Assembly (NCBI GenBank): GCA_965207735.1
Contig: OZ242296.1
Span: forward strand, 896,001 to 960,000
Direction: 5' to 3'
From: Candidatus Versatilivorator sp.
GTDB lineage: Bacteria; Acidobacteriota; Terriglobia; Versatilivoradales; Versatilivoraceae
Length of the DNA stretch: 64,000 nucleotides
Every line of letters begins with the position of its first letter. Positions within the stretch are counted from its first letter, which is position 1. Shown one piece after another: positions 49,719 through 59,141 of the stretch. The position numbers were made by a program, and so were the translations under genes. The notes below the pieces were generated by a model. That model was not told the origin of the DNA. It saw nothing but the letters and a program-made list of their open reading frames with translations, and did not search any database.

Positions 49719-52700
49719 CTACTCCCTCGCCGGCAGGTAGGCTCCATCCCCGCTCCTCTCTCCAGGCGCCCTGCCGTCGTTTACCACTCCGTAGGCCAGG
49801 AACGGGTTCTCTCCCGACACCTTCTCGATCCGGATATACCCCTGACGGGTCTCCGGGTTGGCTCTCAGCAGGATGCCGTCGATCTGATGCCAGCCCCGGG
49901 CCGGGATCGGCTTGGTCACCACCGTATCCGCCAGCATTCCCGTCTCCCCGTTGTAGATCTCCAGGTGGAAGACGCTCTCGCTGCCGTCCACCTCCCCCGT
50001 GTTGACCAGCGCCAGGTTGCTCCGGTTCTCCTCGTTCTGCTGCAATCCCTCCACCCAGGCCTCCTCGGTGAAACCCTCACCCTGCGGCACCGCGTTGTAG
50101 AAGACGCTGTATTGCCCGCCCCCTCCCTTTGAACCCGTTCTGGCTCCGATCACAATCCCGCTCAGGTCTCCCTCTTCGGCCACCACGAACAACGGTCCCA
50201 GGTAAAAGCCCCGGCTCGTGCCCAGCCCCGCCACTCCCTGGCGCCGCAACTCCTCCACCACCTCGGGCACGATCTCCTGCTCGCCCCCTTCCAGCTCCAT
50301 GCTGAAAGCAACCGTCTTGTCGTCGGTCTTGACTTGCTCGCCCGCAAACTCGAATTCCAGCCTCCTGGGCTGCTGGGAGAAGTTCGTCACCGTCAGCTCG
50401 CTCCTGAACTCCCCGGTCTCCACAATTACGGGCAAGGTCTGTCGGGTTGTCCCCGTCAGTGAACTGGCCGTCACCGGAAAGACGAACGACCCGTCCGAGT
50501 TGGCCTGGTCGTTGATCACCCCGTAGGCGTAGAAGGGCGCCTCTCCCTCCACCCGCTCCACCTTCACGTAGCCGTTCTCCACACTCCCCAGCAGCCCCGA
50601 GTACTGGTGAAACCCTCCCGGCTCCAGCGTTACATCGTCCAGCTCCCGGGGGCTGGTGTCGGATGCCTCGCCCGAGTAGACCGTGGTCTTGAGCGTGATC
50701 GCACCCTCTTCTGAGGTCCCCATGTTCTGGAAGGCCACGTTCGAGCGGTCCTGGCTGTTCTGTCTGAGGCCGCACAGATAGACCGGTTCGTCAAAGCCTT
50801 CTTCCTCCGCCACCCCAAGGTAGGCCAGCCCCGCCCTTCCCTCAGGCACCAGCGTCGTGGTCCGCACCACCGCCTCCACCTCGGACTTCACTGCGACCTC
50901 CACTCTCAATGTCCCGATCCGGTTCCCGGTTGCGGGGATCGGTACCCCCAGACCCCTCAGATAGTCCAGGGCGTCGGTCTCGATCTTCTGCCGACCTGCG
51001 TCGAGCCGGTCGGTGGCCGTGCCGCTTCCCCCACCTGCATCCGCCGTGTAGATGTAGTGGAGGGTGGCCTCTTCCATCCCCCGGTTGGTCAGCGTCAGCT
51101 CCGAGGTGAAAAAGGAGTTGTTCCGCCCCGCCGAGGACAGGATCACCGGAACGAACGGCGACCCCGTCGTCAGCCGGAAGCTCCCTTCGGCCACCTCCCC
51201 CTCCCCGCAGTCATAGACGAACCTGCCCTCTCCCAACTCGGTGAAGGTCAGCGAAACTTCACAGGAACTCCCGTCATCGTAGTCCAGCCCCAGCCTTCCC
51301 TTGCGCGGACCTGTCCTCTCATAGGTGTAGGCGCCCGTTCGGGAAGCGCCCTCGGTCCTGGTCGCAGTTTGCTCTCCGCCCGACTCCATCTGCTCGAACC
51401 GGTTGTCCTCTCCGAACCGCAGCTCAAGGCTGCCGGCGGGCTCCTCCCCACCCGTGAGCCGTAACCTCAACCGTCTGCCCTCCAGGTCCTCCCCGGTGAA
51501 GTGAGAAGGATCGTCCGGGTCGGGCTCCTCTGCCTCCGTCCTCCCTTCTCCCGGCTGCGACCACTCACCCCTCCCCTCTTCATTCACGGCCCTCACCTCC
51601 ACCCGGTAGAGCCTCTCCTCCTCCAGGCCCGTCAGCGTCAACCTCAGTCCCGTCCCCTCGTGCCCTCCATCCCGGTAGCCTTCCTCCCCCTCCTCCCGGT
51701 AGCGCACCTCATAGCCGGTGATCTCAGGCCCCCGGTTCTCAGGCTCGGACCAGCTCACCGTCAGGCTGTCCGTGCCCTCAGCTCTCACCTCCGGCGCCGC
51801 CACCGCCCCCGGCGGCTCCTCCTCGTCACTCACCCGCACCCGTATGGCCCTCTGTCTCCTCCGCTCCCTCTCCCCCTCCCCGCTCCTCGCCTCCACCACC
51901 ACCACGTATTCGTTGTCTCCCGCTCCGCTTGCCGGGTCGGTGCCGGCCGCATCGGCAGGCCTCTCATAGTCCGGCGCCTCCGTGAAGCTCAGCTCTCCCG
52001 TTTCCTCAACTACCGTAAACAGCGCTGCGTCCGCTCCCCCCGCGATCCCGTAGCCGGCAACCTCGTCCCCCTCGTCGGAGTCCACCGCTTCCAGCCGCAC
52101 TACCTTCGTCTGGTTCTCCACCACCTCGAACTGCCCCGGGCTGGTGATCTCAGGCAGCCGGTTCAGCTCGCTCAGCCGGAAGCTCCCCTGTCCCTGCAAC
52201 GCGCCCCCGCAGCGGTAGCTGTAGCTGCCTGCTCCCACTCCGCCGAAGCTCATCCGCAGTTCGCACGTCTCCCCCCCGTCGTAGTCCAGGCTCAGCTCTC
52301 CCGTCGTCCGGCTGGTGTAGCGGTACCGGTAGCTCCCCATGCGGGTCGCCGTCACTTCCCCCGCTGCATCCAGCTCCCTCTCCTCAAACCGCAGACCCCC
52401 TCCAAACCTCACCTTCAGACTCCGCCGGCTTCCTCCAAACGGCGTCCACTCCAATCCGGCCTCTCCACCCTCCAGGTCCTCCGCCCGGAAGTTGGACCGA
52501 TAGGCCGGATCCAGCGGCATCACCACCTCCACCGCCTCCGACACTCGCCCGTTGCCGATCTGGTTGACCGCCCGCAGCTCAAAGACATAGACCGTCCCGT
52601 TGCCAAGGTTACTAACCGTGTATCCGGTGGCGTTGACCTCGCCGGGAGCGCTGTCTTCGATCCGGACCCACTCGCCAAACGCTTCCCGCCCGTCCTTCAA

Positions 52701-55007
52701 CCGGTACTCAAAGCGCTGGATGGGAGAACCCCCGTCGCTTTCCGGCGGGCTCCACTCCAGCCGCACTGCCCCGTCGCCGGGTGTCGCCGTCAGGACTGCC
52801 GGCGCCTCCGGAGGAAACAGCAGGCCCCCCCCACCACCGCCTCGTGGCGGTGGGGGTGGCGGCGGTGGCGGAGGGGGTGGTGGGGGTGGCGTGGCCATCA
52901 CCGTCTCAGCCCCGCCCTTTCCCAGGGCATTGACCGCACGCACCTCAAAGACATACTCCCGGCCATTGATCAGGCCTCCCACCGTCACCCCATTCGACCC
53001 CGCTCCAACACTCTCCCACTCGCTCCATGCCTCACTAGTGGGCGCGTACCGGTACTCATAGCAGAGGATAGCCGAGCCTCCGTTATTAGACGGCCGGTTC
53101 CAGCTCAACCTTACCGACCCGCTGCCGGGACTCGCCCGCAGGCCGATGGAAGAAATCGCCTCGGGCGCCGACGGCGGTGACACCCGCACCTCCATCCAAA
53201 CAACTCCAGCTGCCTCAAGATCGTCTTTATCCCGAATGCCGCCCGTGTCCGGCACCTTGTAGGTGAGCCCCACCGTCTCGCCGCTGGTCCGCGCCTCCGT
53301 CAGCGTCAACTGCACGTCGTTCCCGTTCACCGCAACCTCCTCCACCTGCGCTGATTTGTATCCTGGTTTTACGACAACCGTAAACGCGCTTGCGGGCGGG
53401 ACGGCGTCGGCGTCCAGCTCCTCATCAAAGCTCAGCTTCACCTGGCAGCAAATCGCTTCGAGCCGGACTGGGGTCGGTCCGGTGTTGCCCGATTCGCGCG
53501 CAGTCAGTGCAGCCTGTACGGCGGTGCCGAATGCTTCGTTTTCCTCCTCCCCGAACACGATCACCGGCGAGTCGGAAATTTGCCTGCCCCGAGAGATCGC
53601 GCGGGAGGACAGTGCATGGTAGTCGAGGCGTGCCGCCATTTCGTCGACCTTGACTGTTTCGGTCTCCGCGAGGTTCGTGGTTTCGTACGGATCCTCGGCG
53701 ATGTTAAAAAGCCGCAGTTCTCCGGACACCCACTGGCTGGTGTGCGCGATCCGTTCGATCAGCTTCCAGTCGCCCTGGCGTAGCACGAAGGCCGAATGCA
53801 CCAGCTCGGTTCGCGGGCTCTCCGCGCCATTGGCGATGGCGGCCCAGGCATCCAGTCCATCGAGCGGCAGGCCGTCGGTGGTGGATGCCCCGGCCAATCC
53901 GGCGAACGTGGGGAACACGTCCACCGCGTGCAGCAGCGCATCGCTTTGGGTACCCGCCGGGATCTCGCCGGGCCAGCGAGCGACGGCAGGCACCCGGATG
54001 CCGCCCTCGAAATACGTAGCCTTTTGGCCCCGGTACGGGCTCTGGCCCGCGGTACGGGCCTCCGGGGCGTCTCCGTTGTCGCTCAGGAACATGACCAGGG
54101 TGTTGTCCAGCACACCCTTTTCCTCGAGCGCGGCGAGCACCAAGCCGATCGCGTCATCCATTGCCTTGAGCATCGCGCGCTGCTTGTATTTCAGACCGCT
54201 GAAGAGGTCCAGATACTCCTGTGGCGCTTCATGGGGGGCATGCACCGCGTTGAACGGCAGGTAGAGAAAGAACGGACTCGCGCCATCGTGGCGCCCGATC
54301 AGTTGGGCCGCTTCGTCCGCCAGCAGGAAGCTCGAGTAGCCGGACTCCACAACGGGCCGTCCGTTGCGGTGCCAGTCGAGAACCTGGCGGTCGTGCGCGG
54401 CCCGGGTGTGCTTGAAGGACCTGAGTTTACCCGTATACATCCCGTAGTGATGATCGAATCCGCGCTGCAGGGGCAGGTGCTCCGTGAGCCATTGCCCGAG
54501 GTGCCACTTGCCGACGATCCAGGTCGCGTAGCCAACGTCGCCCAGGGACTCGGCGATCGTGCGCTCGTCCAGGAGCAACCCACCAGTCATCTCCGGATGG
54601 GGGATCGTATCCACGCCGTTCTTCCACGAGTAGCGACCCGTGAGCAGGGCCGCCCGGGTCGGGGCGCACTGCGGCTGGACGTAAAACTGGGTGAGTTTGA
54701 CGCCTTCGTCGGCGATGCGGTCGATGTTGGGAGTCGATACCTCAGTGCCCCCGTTGAAGCCGGGCTGGCCCCAGCCCAGGTCGTCGGCGACGATGAGGAC
54801 AATGTTGGGCCGCGCGGTCGCCTCTGAGTCTTCAGCCTGGGAAACGGCCCGTTCGGGCGTCCCGAAGGCTATTGCGGCCGCGAGGGCCGCAATAGCCAAT
54901 TTGCCGACCGCAGAGCGATGCGCGCTGAGCAGGCCACTAATCGCGTGAAACCCGCGGAGCACAGGATCGCTGTCGGTCTCCCAGCACCCTGCCGGCACGC
55001 TCAACAT
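49719..55007 (-). CDS. large secreted multidomain protein: arylsulfatase + SwmB-like repeat + FN3 x3 + cadherin-like + uncharacterised C-terminal domains
   Basis: PNIVLIVADDLG, CAPTRAALLTGR, GKWHLG; LSFDEELD..PPASAFTV; FN3 (LSWNRP..YEYRY..FEVRAVN); P15 linker; PDYE cadherin motif. Start codon uncertain. Confidence 0.85.
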   Translation of the reverse strand: MLSVPAGCWETDSDPVLRGFHAISGLLSAHRSAVGKLAIAALAAAIAFGTPERAVSQAEDSEATARPNIVLIVADDLGWGQPGFNGGTEVSTPNIDRIADEGVKLTQFYVQPQCAPTRAALLTGRYSWKNGVDTIPHPEMTGGLLLDERTIAESLGDVGYATWIVGKWHLGQWLTEHLPLQRGFDHHYGMYTGKLRSFKHTRAAHDRQVLDWHRNGRPVVESGYSSFLLADEAAQLIGRHDGASPFFLYLPFNAVHAPHEAPQEYLDLFSGLKYKQRAMLKAMDDAIGLVLAALEEKGVLDNTLVMFLSDNGDAPEARTAGQSPYRGQKATYFEGGIRVPAVARWPGEIPAGTQSDALLHAVDVFPTFAGLAGASTTDGLPLDGLDAWAAIANGAESPRTELVHSAFVLRQGDWKLIERIAHTSQWVSGELRLFNIAEDPYETTNLAETETVKVDEMAARLDYHALSSRAISRGRQISDSPVIVFGEEENEAFGTAVQAALTARESGNTGPTPVRLEAICCQVKLSFDEELDADAVPPASAFTVVVKPGYKSAQVEEVAVNGNDVQLTLTEARTSGETVGLTYKVPDTGGIRDKDDLEAAGVVWMEVRVSPPSAPEAISSIGLRASPGSGSVRLSWNRPSNNGGSAILCYEYRYAPTSEAWSEWESVGAGSNGVTVGGLINGREYVFEVRAVNALGKGGAETVMATPPPPPPPPPPPPPPPRGGGGGGLLFPPEAPAVLTATPGDGAVRLEWSPPESDGGSPIQRFEYRLKDGREAFGEWVRIEDSAPGEVNATGYTVSNLGNGTVYVFELRAVNQIGNGRVSEAVEVVMPLDPAYRSNFRAEDLEGGEAGLEWTPFGGSRRSLKVRFGGGLRFEERELDAAGEVTATRMGSYRYRYTSRTTGELSLDYDGGETCELRMSFGGVGAGSYSYRCGGALQGQGSFRLSELNRLPEITSPGQFEVVENQTKVVRLEAVDSDEGDEVAGYGIAGGADAALFTVVEETGELSFTEAPDYERPADAAGTDPASGAGDNEYVVVVEARSGEGERERRRQRAIRVRVSDEEEPPGAVAAPEVRAEGTDSLTVSWSEPENRGPEITGYEVRYREEGEEGYRDGGHEGTGLRLTLTGLEEERLYRVEVRAVNEEGRGEWSQPGEGRTEAEEPDPDDPSHFTGEDLEGRRLRLRLTGGEEPAGSLELRFGEDNRFEQMESGGEQTATRTEGASRTGAYTYERTGPRKGRLGLDYDDGSSCEVSLTFTELGEGRFVYDCGEGEVAEGSFRLTTGSPFVPVILSSAGRNNSFFTSELTLTNRGMEEATLHYIYTADAGGGSGTATDRLDAGRQKIETDALDYLRGLGVPIPATGNRIGTLRVEVAVKSEVEAVVRTTTLVPEGRAGLAYLGVAEEEGFDEPVYLCGLRQNSQDRSNVAFQNMGTSEEGAITLKTTVYSGEASDTSPRELDDVTLEPGGFHQYSGLLGSVENGYVKVERVEGEAPFYAYGVINDQANSDGSFVFPVTASSLTGTTRQTLPVIVETGEFRSELTVTNFSQQPRRLEFEFAGEQVKTDDKTVAFSMELEGGEQEIVPEVVEELRRQGVAGLGTSRGFYLGPLFVVAEEGDLSGIVIGARTGSKGGGGQYSVFYNAVPQGEGFTEEAWVEGLQQNEENRSNLALVNTGEVDGSESVFHLEIYNGETGMLADTVVTKPIPARGWHQIDGILLRANPETRQGYIRIEKVSGENPFLAYGVVNDGRAPGERSGDGAYLPARE

Positions 55008-55456
55008 CGCGCCTCACTTCCCAATTGCACGACGTGCTTGGCCTGCCCAGAACGGACGAACGGAACTCGCCACGCCGCGCATGTCCCGCCACCGCGTACC
55101 TTTCCGCTAGCACCTTGAAAGAACTCCCTGAGGGGATTCCGTTCGGAGCGTCAGCCGCATGGAAGACGCCAACTGCCACCGACGCCTAGCGACGGTGAAA
55201 CGTCGCGAATTACCCCCAAACGCTGGAACACCGCAGGAAATCTTGAGGCGCCTTTGGACCACGCAGGCGACACAATATCCATGCCAAATACTCTAAAAGA
55301 TTGTGCATGAGAAGTGCGTGAGATTATGGTTTAATAAATGATATTATGATGATCATTCGGACAGACACGCCGTCGTGACCGTGGAGATTCGGAACATTGT
55401 GCGGGGTGTACACCGAGGCGTTGCGCTGATCCAGCGCATAAAAGGAGCGTGAGCTG

Positions 55457-57388
55457 TTGACCACTCATAACAAACGCGAGTGTGATGAAGTAGCCGGGCG
55501 CTATGATCGGGAGAACGCTTCGGCACCGCATATCGGCGAGAGCCCCGGTATTGAAACAGCCCCTGGCGATGAGATGGAAGGCGATCGCGTGCGGGCTTGT
55601 CTCGATTCTCTTGTGGAGACCTCGCCGGTCGGTGTCGTGATATTCGATGCCGAATCCGGCAACGTGTTCTGGATCAACCACGAAGCCAAACGCATCGTCG
55701 AAGGACTTCGCACGGCTGGACGCACGGCCGTGCAGATGCTTGAGGTGATCACGTGGCGGCGCGCCGACGGACGTGCTTTCGACCTCGCGGAGTCTTCTCT
55801 AACTGACGCGCTGGCTAACGCCGAGACGGTGCGCGGTGAGGAGGTGCTGGTCGAGGCCCCTGACGGACGCAAGGTCACGATGCTGGTCAATGCGACGCCG
55901 GTGCATTCCGCAGACGGGGCGCTCGTTTCGGTAGTCGTCACGATGCAGGACCTGGCGCCCATCCAGGAACTGGAACGCTTGCGCTCCGAGTTCCTGAGCA
56001 TGGTGAGCCATGAGCTGCGTGCGCCACTTACCTCGATTAAGGGTTCGATCGTCACGCTACTGGAGACCAACTCGGACCTGGATCCGGCGGAGATGCGCGA
56101 ATTCTTCCGCATCATCGCTGATCAAGCGGATCACATGCGCGGTCTCATCAGCGATCTGCTTGATGCCGGGCGTATCGACGCGGGCACGCTCTCGGTGGCG
56201 CCCGAGCCTACGGAGTTCGCGGCCTTGGTGGACCGGGCGCGGAACACTTTCTTGTCAGGCGGCGGGCGGCACACAGTGCTCATCGACCTATCGGTGCCGC
56301 TGCCCCGCGTCATGGCCGACCGGCGGCGCATCGTGCAGGTGCTGAACAATCTCTTCGCCAACGCCGCGCGGCATGCCCCCGAGTCCTCCCCGATTCGCCT
56401 CGCCGTCCGGCGTGACGGCGTACACATTGAAGTCTCGGTCTCAGACGAGGGCAGCGGCGTGGCACCCGAGCAGCTGTCGCAACTGTTCCAGAAGTACACG
56501 GGAACGGGCGACGCCGGGCGCGGGCTTGGGGAAACGGGCCTCGGCCTGTCGATCTGCAAGGGGCTGGTGGAAGCGCATGGTGGGCGCATCTGGGCCGAGA
56601 GCGGCGGTGTCGGACAGGGGACGCGGTTGACTTTTACACTGCCGTTGGCCGAAGAGGGGCTCACAGGGTTCGGGAGCCTCCCAAGTCCGCCCCGTGAAGA
56701 ATCGAGCGAGACGCGAATCCTGGTGGTTGACGATGACCCGCAGACGCTGCGCTACGTGCGCGACGCCCTCTCGGACGCCGGCTACGTTCCTCTCGTGACC
56801 GGTGACCATCGGGAGCTCGCCCGCGTCATCAAGACGGAGAGGCCACAGTTGGTCGTGCTCGACTTGATACTGCCCGAAGCCGACGGCATAGAGCTGATGG
56901 AAAGCGTCCCGGAACTCGCTGACCTCCCGGTCATCTTCATCTCCGCATACAGGCGGGACGAGACCATAGCGCGTGCGCTCGAGGCCGGCGCCGCCGACTA
57001 CATTGTCAAGCCTTTCTCGGCAACGGAGCTAACGGCACGAATCCGCGCAGCATTGCGACGCCGGGCTGAGCCTAGCTCCTTCGTCCTGGGCAAACTGGCC
57101 ATCGGCTACGATGAGCGACAGGTGAGATTGGCCGGGCGCGTGGTCAAACTGACCGCCTCCGAGTACGATCTCTTGCGTGTACTCTCGCTTAACGCGGGAC
57201 GCATCATGGAGTACAAATCCTTGCTGCGCCAAGTCTCCGGAAAGGGCGACGCTAGCGCCGGCAAGGCTGCTCTGCGAACCCTCGTCAAGAGCCTCCGGCG
57301 CAAGTTGAATGATGACGCAACCGACCCAGCCTATATCCTCAACGAGCGCGACGTCGGCTACCGCATGCCACGACCCGACACTTCGTGA
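55457..57388 (+). CDS. hybrid PAS-histidine kinase-receiver-winged-helix regulator
   Basis: PAS; SHELRAPLTSI (H-box), NLFANA, DEGSG, GLGLSIC; ILVVDDD..LDL..KPF; LTASEYDLL..LRRKL..GYR. Confidence 0.88.
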   Translation: MTTHNKRECDEVAGRYDRENASAPHIGESPGIETAPGDEMEGDRVRACLDSLVETSPVGVVIFDAESGNVFWINHEAKRIVEGLRTAGRTAVQMLEVITWRRADGRAFDLAESSLTDALANAETVRGEEVLVEAPDGRKVTMLVNATPVHSADGALVSVVVTMQDLAPIQELERLRSEFLSMVSHELRAPLTSIKGSIVTLLETNSDLDPAEMREFFRIIADQADHMRGLISDLLDAGRIDAGTLSVAPEPTEFAALVDRARNTFLSGGGRHTVLIDLSVPLPRVMADRRRIVQVLNNLFANAARHAPESSPIRLAVRRDGVHIEVSVSDEGSGVAPEQLSQLFQKYTGTGDAGRGLGETGLGLSICKGLVEAHGGRIWAESGGVGQGTRLTFTLPLAEEGLTGFGSLPSPPREESSETRILVVDDDPQTLRYVRDALSDAGYVPLVTGDHRELARVIKTERPQLVVLDLILPEADGIELMESVPELADLPVIFISAYRRDETIARALEAGAADYIVKPFSATELTARIRAALRRRAEPSSFVLGKLAIGYDERQVRLAGRVVKLTASEYDLLRVLSLNAGRIMEYKSLLRQVSGKGDASAGKAALRTLVKSLRRKLNDDATDPAYILNERDVGYRMPRPDTS

Positions 57389-57632
57389 AGGGTGTCGGCG
57401 GTGCAGCAACATCCCGGACTGATCAACGCCAAATTCGGCAAACCTACGTAATGCGGTTTCGCTCACAAGTCAGTAGTGTCTGACCACCACTCCAACTCAA
57501 AATGCACGAAATCAGAAAGACTGAGGAAGCTTTGGAGTGTTATCGGCGTAACAGGTGGGGGACCATATGGGGGATCAGTTGCGGCAAAATGAACAATATA
57601 TTATTGATAATAATATATTTATATCGAATGTC

Positions 57633-57726
57633 TGGCGGAGAGGGCGGGATTCGAACCCGCGTGGGAGCGACTAACCCCCTAACCGCTTTCGAGGCGGCCC
57701 CGTTATGACCACTTCGGTACCTCTCC
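57633..57726 (-). tRNA. tRNA-Ser(CGA)
   Basis: GGAGAGG/CCTCTCC acceptor stem, G73-CCA, anticodon arm GCCGC-CT-CGA-AA-GCGGT, long variable arm, GGTTCGAATCC. Confidence 0.95.
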
Positions 57727-57763
57727 GCGTGATTGGTCTATGTTTCGACTGCCCGGAACGGCG

Positions 57764-58231
57764 CTAGCGGCGAAGCCGGAAGAACTCCTGCAGCAGCCTC
57801 ACCGCCTGGACTTCCCCGACTCCCGACACGACCTCCACCCGGTGGTTGACCGATTCCGATTCAAACAGCCGGAGTTGGGAGTCGACGGCGCCGGCCTTGG
57901 GGTCTCTGGCGCCGTAGACCAGACGTTGGACCCGCGCCCAAACCAGGCTGCCGGCACACATGGCACAAGGTTCCAAGGTGCAATAAATTGTTGCCGAAGT
58001 CAAACGGTAATTCCCCATCCGCCTGGCAGCCTGCCGCAGGGCCAGGATCTCGGCGTGGGCCGTGGGGTCCGATCGGGCGAGGCTTTGGTTGTAGCCCCGG
58101 CCCACCACTTTGCCATCCACCACCACCACCGCTCCCACCGGGACCTCCTCCAGCGAGAAGGCCCTTTGGGCCAGGCGCAATGCCATTTTCATGAACGGAT
58201 CGGTTACAGGTGGGTCCGGATGGCTCAACAA
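57764..58231 (-). CDS. tadA: tRNA adenosine(34) deaminase
   Basis: [35 protein letters not shown]. Confidence 0.93.
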   Translation of the reverse strand: MLSHPDPPVTDPFMKMALRLAQRAFSLEEVPVGAVVVVDGKVVGRGYNQSLARSDPTAHAEILALRQAARRMGNYRLTSATIYCTLEPCAMCAGSLVWARVQRLVYGARDPKAGAVDSQLRLFESESVNHRVEVVSGVGEVQAVRLLQEFFRLRR

Positions 58232-58352
58232 GATTCCTCAAGCGGGACTTGGAGTCGTTTGCAACATCCGCCGGCCGCACTCCCCTGCGCAGCCGATGCG
58301 GTTGCCGCACAGTCCGAAGGACCGCCGGGGAATTCTTCTGCACTGGCCAGTT

Positions 58353-59102
58353 TCAATCGCAAGGCAACTGGTAGGCCAATCTGCGTGTCTTGCGGGTCTT
58401 GAGGTCTCGCACGGACTCGCAGACCAGGAACTCGGATTGCGGAATGTCGGGGCTCGTAGGGCACTTGATCCTGCGTCCCTCCGAGATGAGCCCGGGCCGG
58501 GACGCGGCCCTCAGGCTTCCGTCCGTTCCGATCACCAGATAGGCTTTCACGTCCAGGGTTTGGCCAGAGCAGAGCGGCTGCGGGTCCCAGCTCACCCAGA
58601 CCGAATCTCCTTGAACCGCCCGAACCGGCGCGTTCAAGGGGACATCCCAGCGGGCAATGACCTTGCCCTTCTTGTTGAATTCCAGCACCCAGTCGGGCAG
58701 CAGCCATTCCGACAGGCCGTAGCTCCCAAGATCCTTGACAAATACCTGGACGAACCTTCCGCAGGGATGGGCCTGAAGGCGACCTGCCGCTCCCGACCGC
58801 CTCAGCCGCTCACGGACACCCGATTGAAGGGCTCCGCTGCCTTCCTGAGCCAGCATGAACCGGAGCGGGATTCCCTGCTCTTGCCGATACGCTTCCAACT
58901 GTTCGCCGGCGATCCGTCGGACCAGGAACCCCAGCAGAAAGCGGTCCCAAACCAGGGCTTTTTGCCGCATGGGACCGAAGACCGTTGTTTCCTCGCCTTC
59001 GGGGACCTCAAAACAGCCCGTCTGCCTCGGTGTCGGCGGAGGCGAGGACGGAAACGCCAGTCCGGACAGCAGCAGCACGACCAGCATGACACCGGTGATC
59101 AT
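58353..59102 (-). CDS. hypothetical secreted protein
   Basis: Hydrophobic signal-like N-terminus and co-oriented with neighbours; no recognised domain. Confidence 0.5.
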   Translation of the reverse strand: MITGVMLVVLLLSGLAFPSSPPPTPRQTGCFEVPEGEETTVFGPMRQKALVWDRFLLGFLVRRIAGEQLEAYRQEQGIPLRFMLAQEGSGALQSGVRERLRRSGAAGRLQAHPCGRFVQVFVKDLGSYGLSEWLLPDWVLEFNKKGKVIARWDVPLNAPVRAVQGDSVWVSWDPQPLCSGQTLDVKAYLVIGTDGSLRAASRPGLISEGRRIKCPTSPDIPQSEFLVCESVRDLKTRKTRRLAYQLPCD

Positions 59103-59141
59103 GACAGACCGAGGAATGCGAGGAAGTGAGACGGCAGAGCC

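Noticed and set aside
55330-55358. Fur/Zur box in the AT-rich spacer (AATGAT-N9-ATCATT)
   Set aside because: The spacing does not fit known boxes, and the flanking genes are not metal-related.
57502-57708. 68-aa ORF MHEIRKTEE... as an addiction-module toxin
   Set aside because: Only about 9 residues resemble a toxin N-terminus; the rest runs through the att-like tract and antisense to the tRNA.
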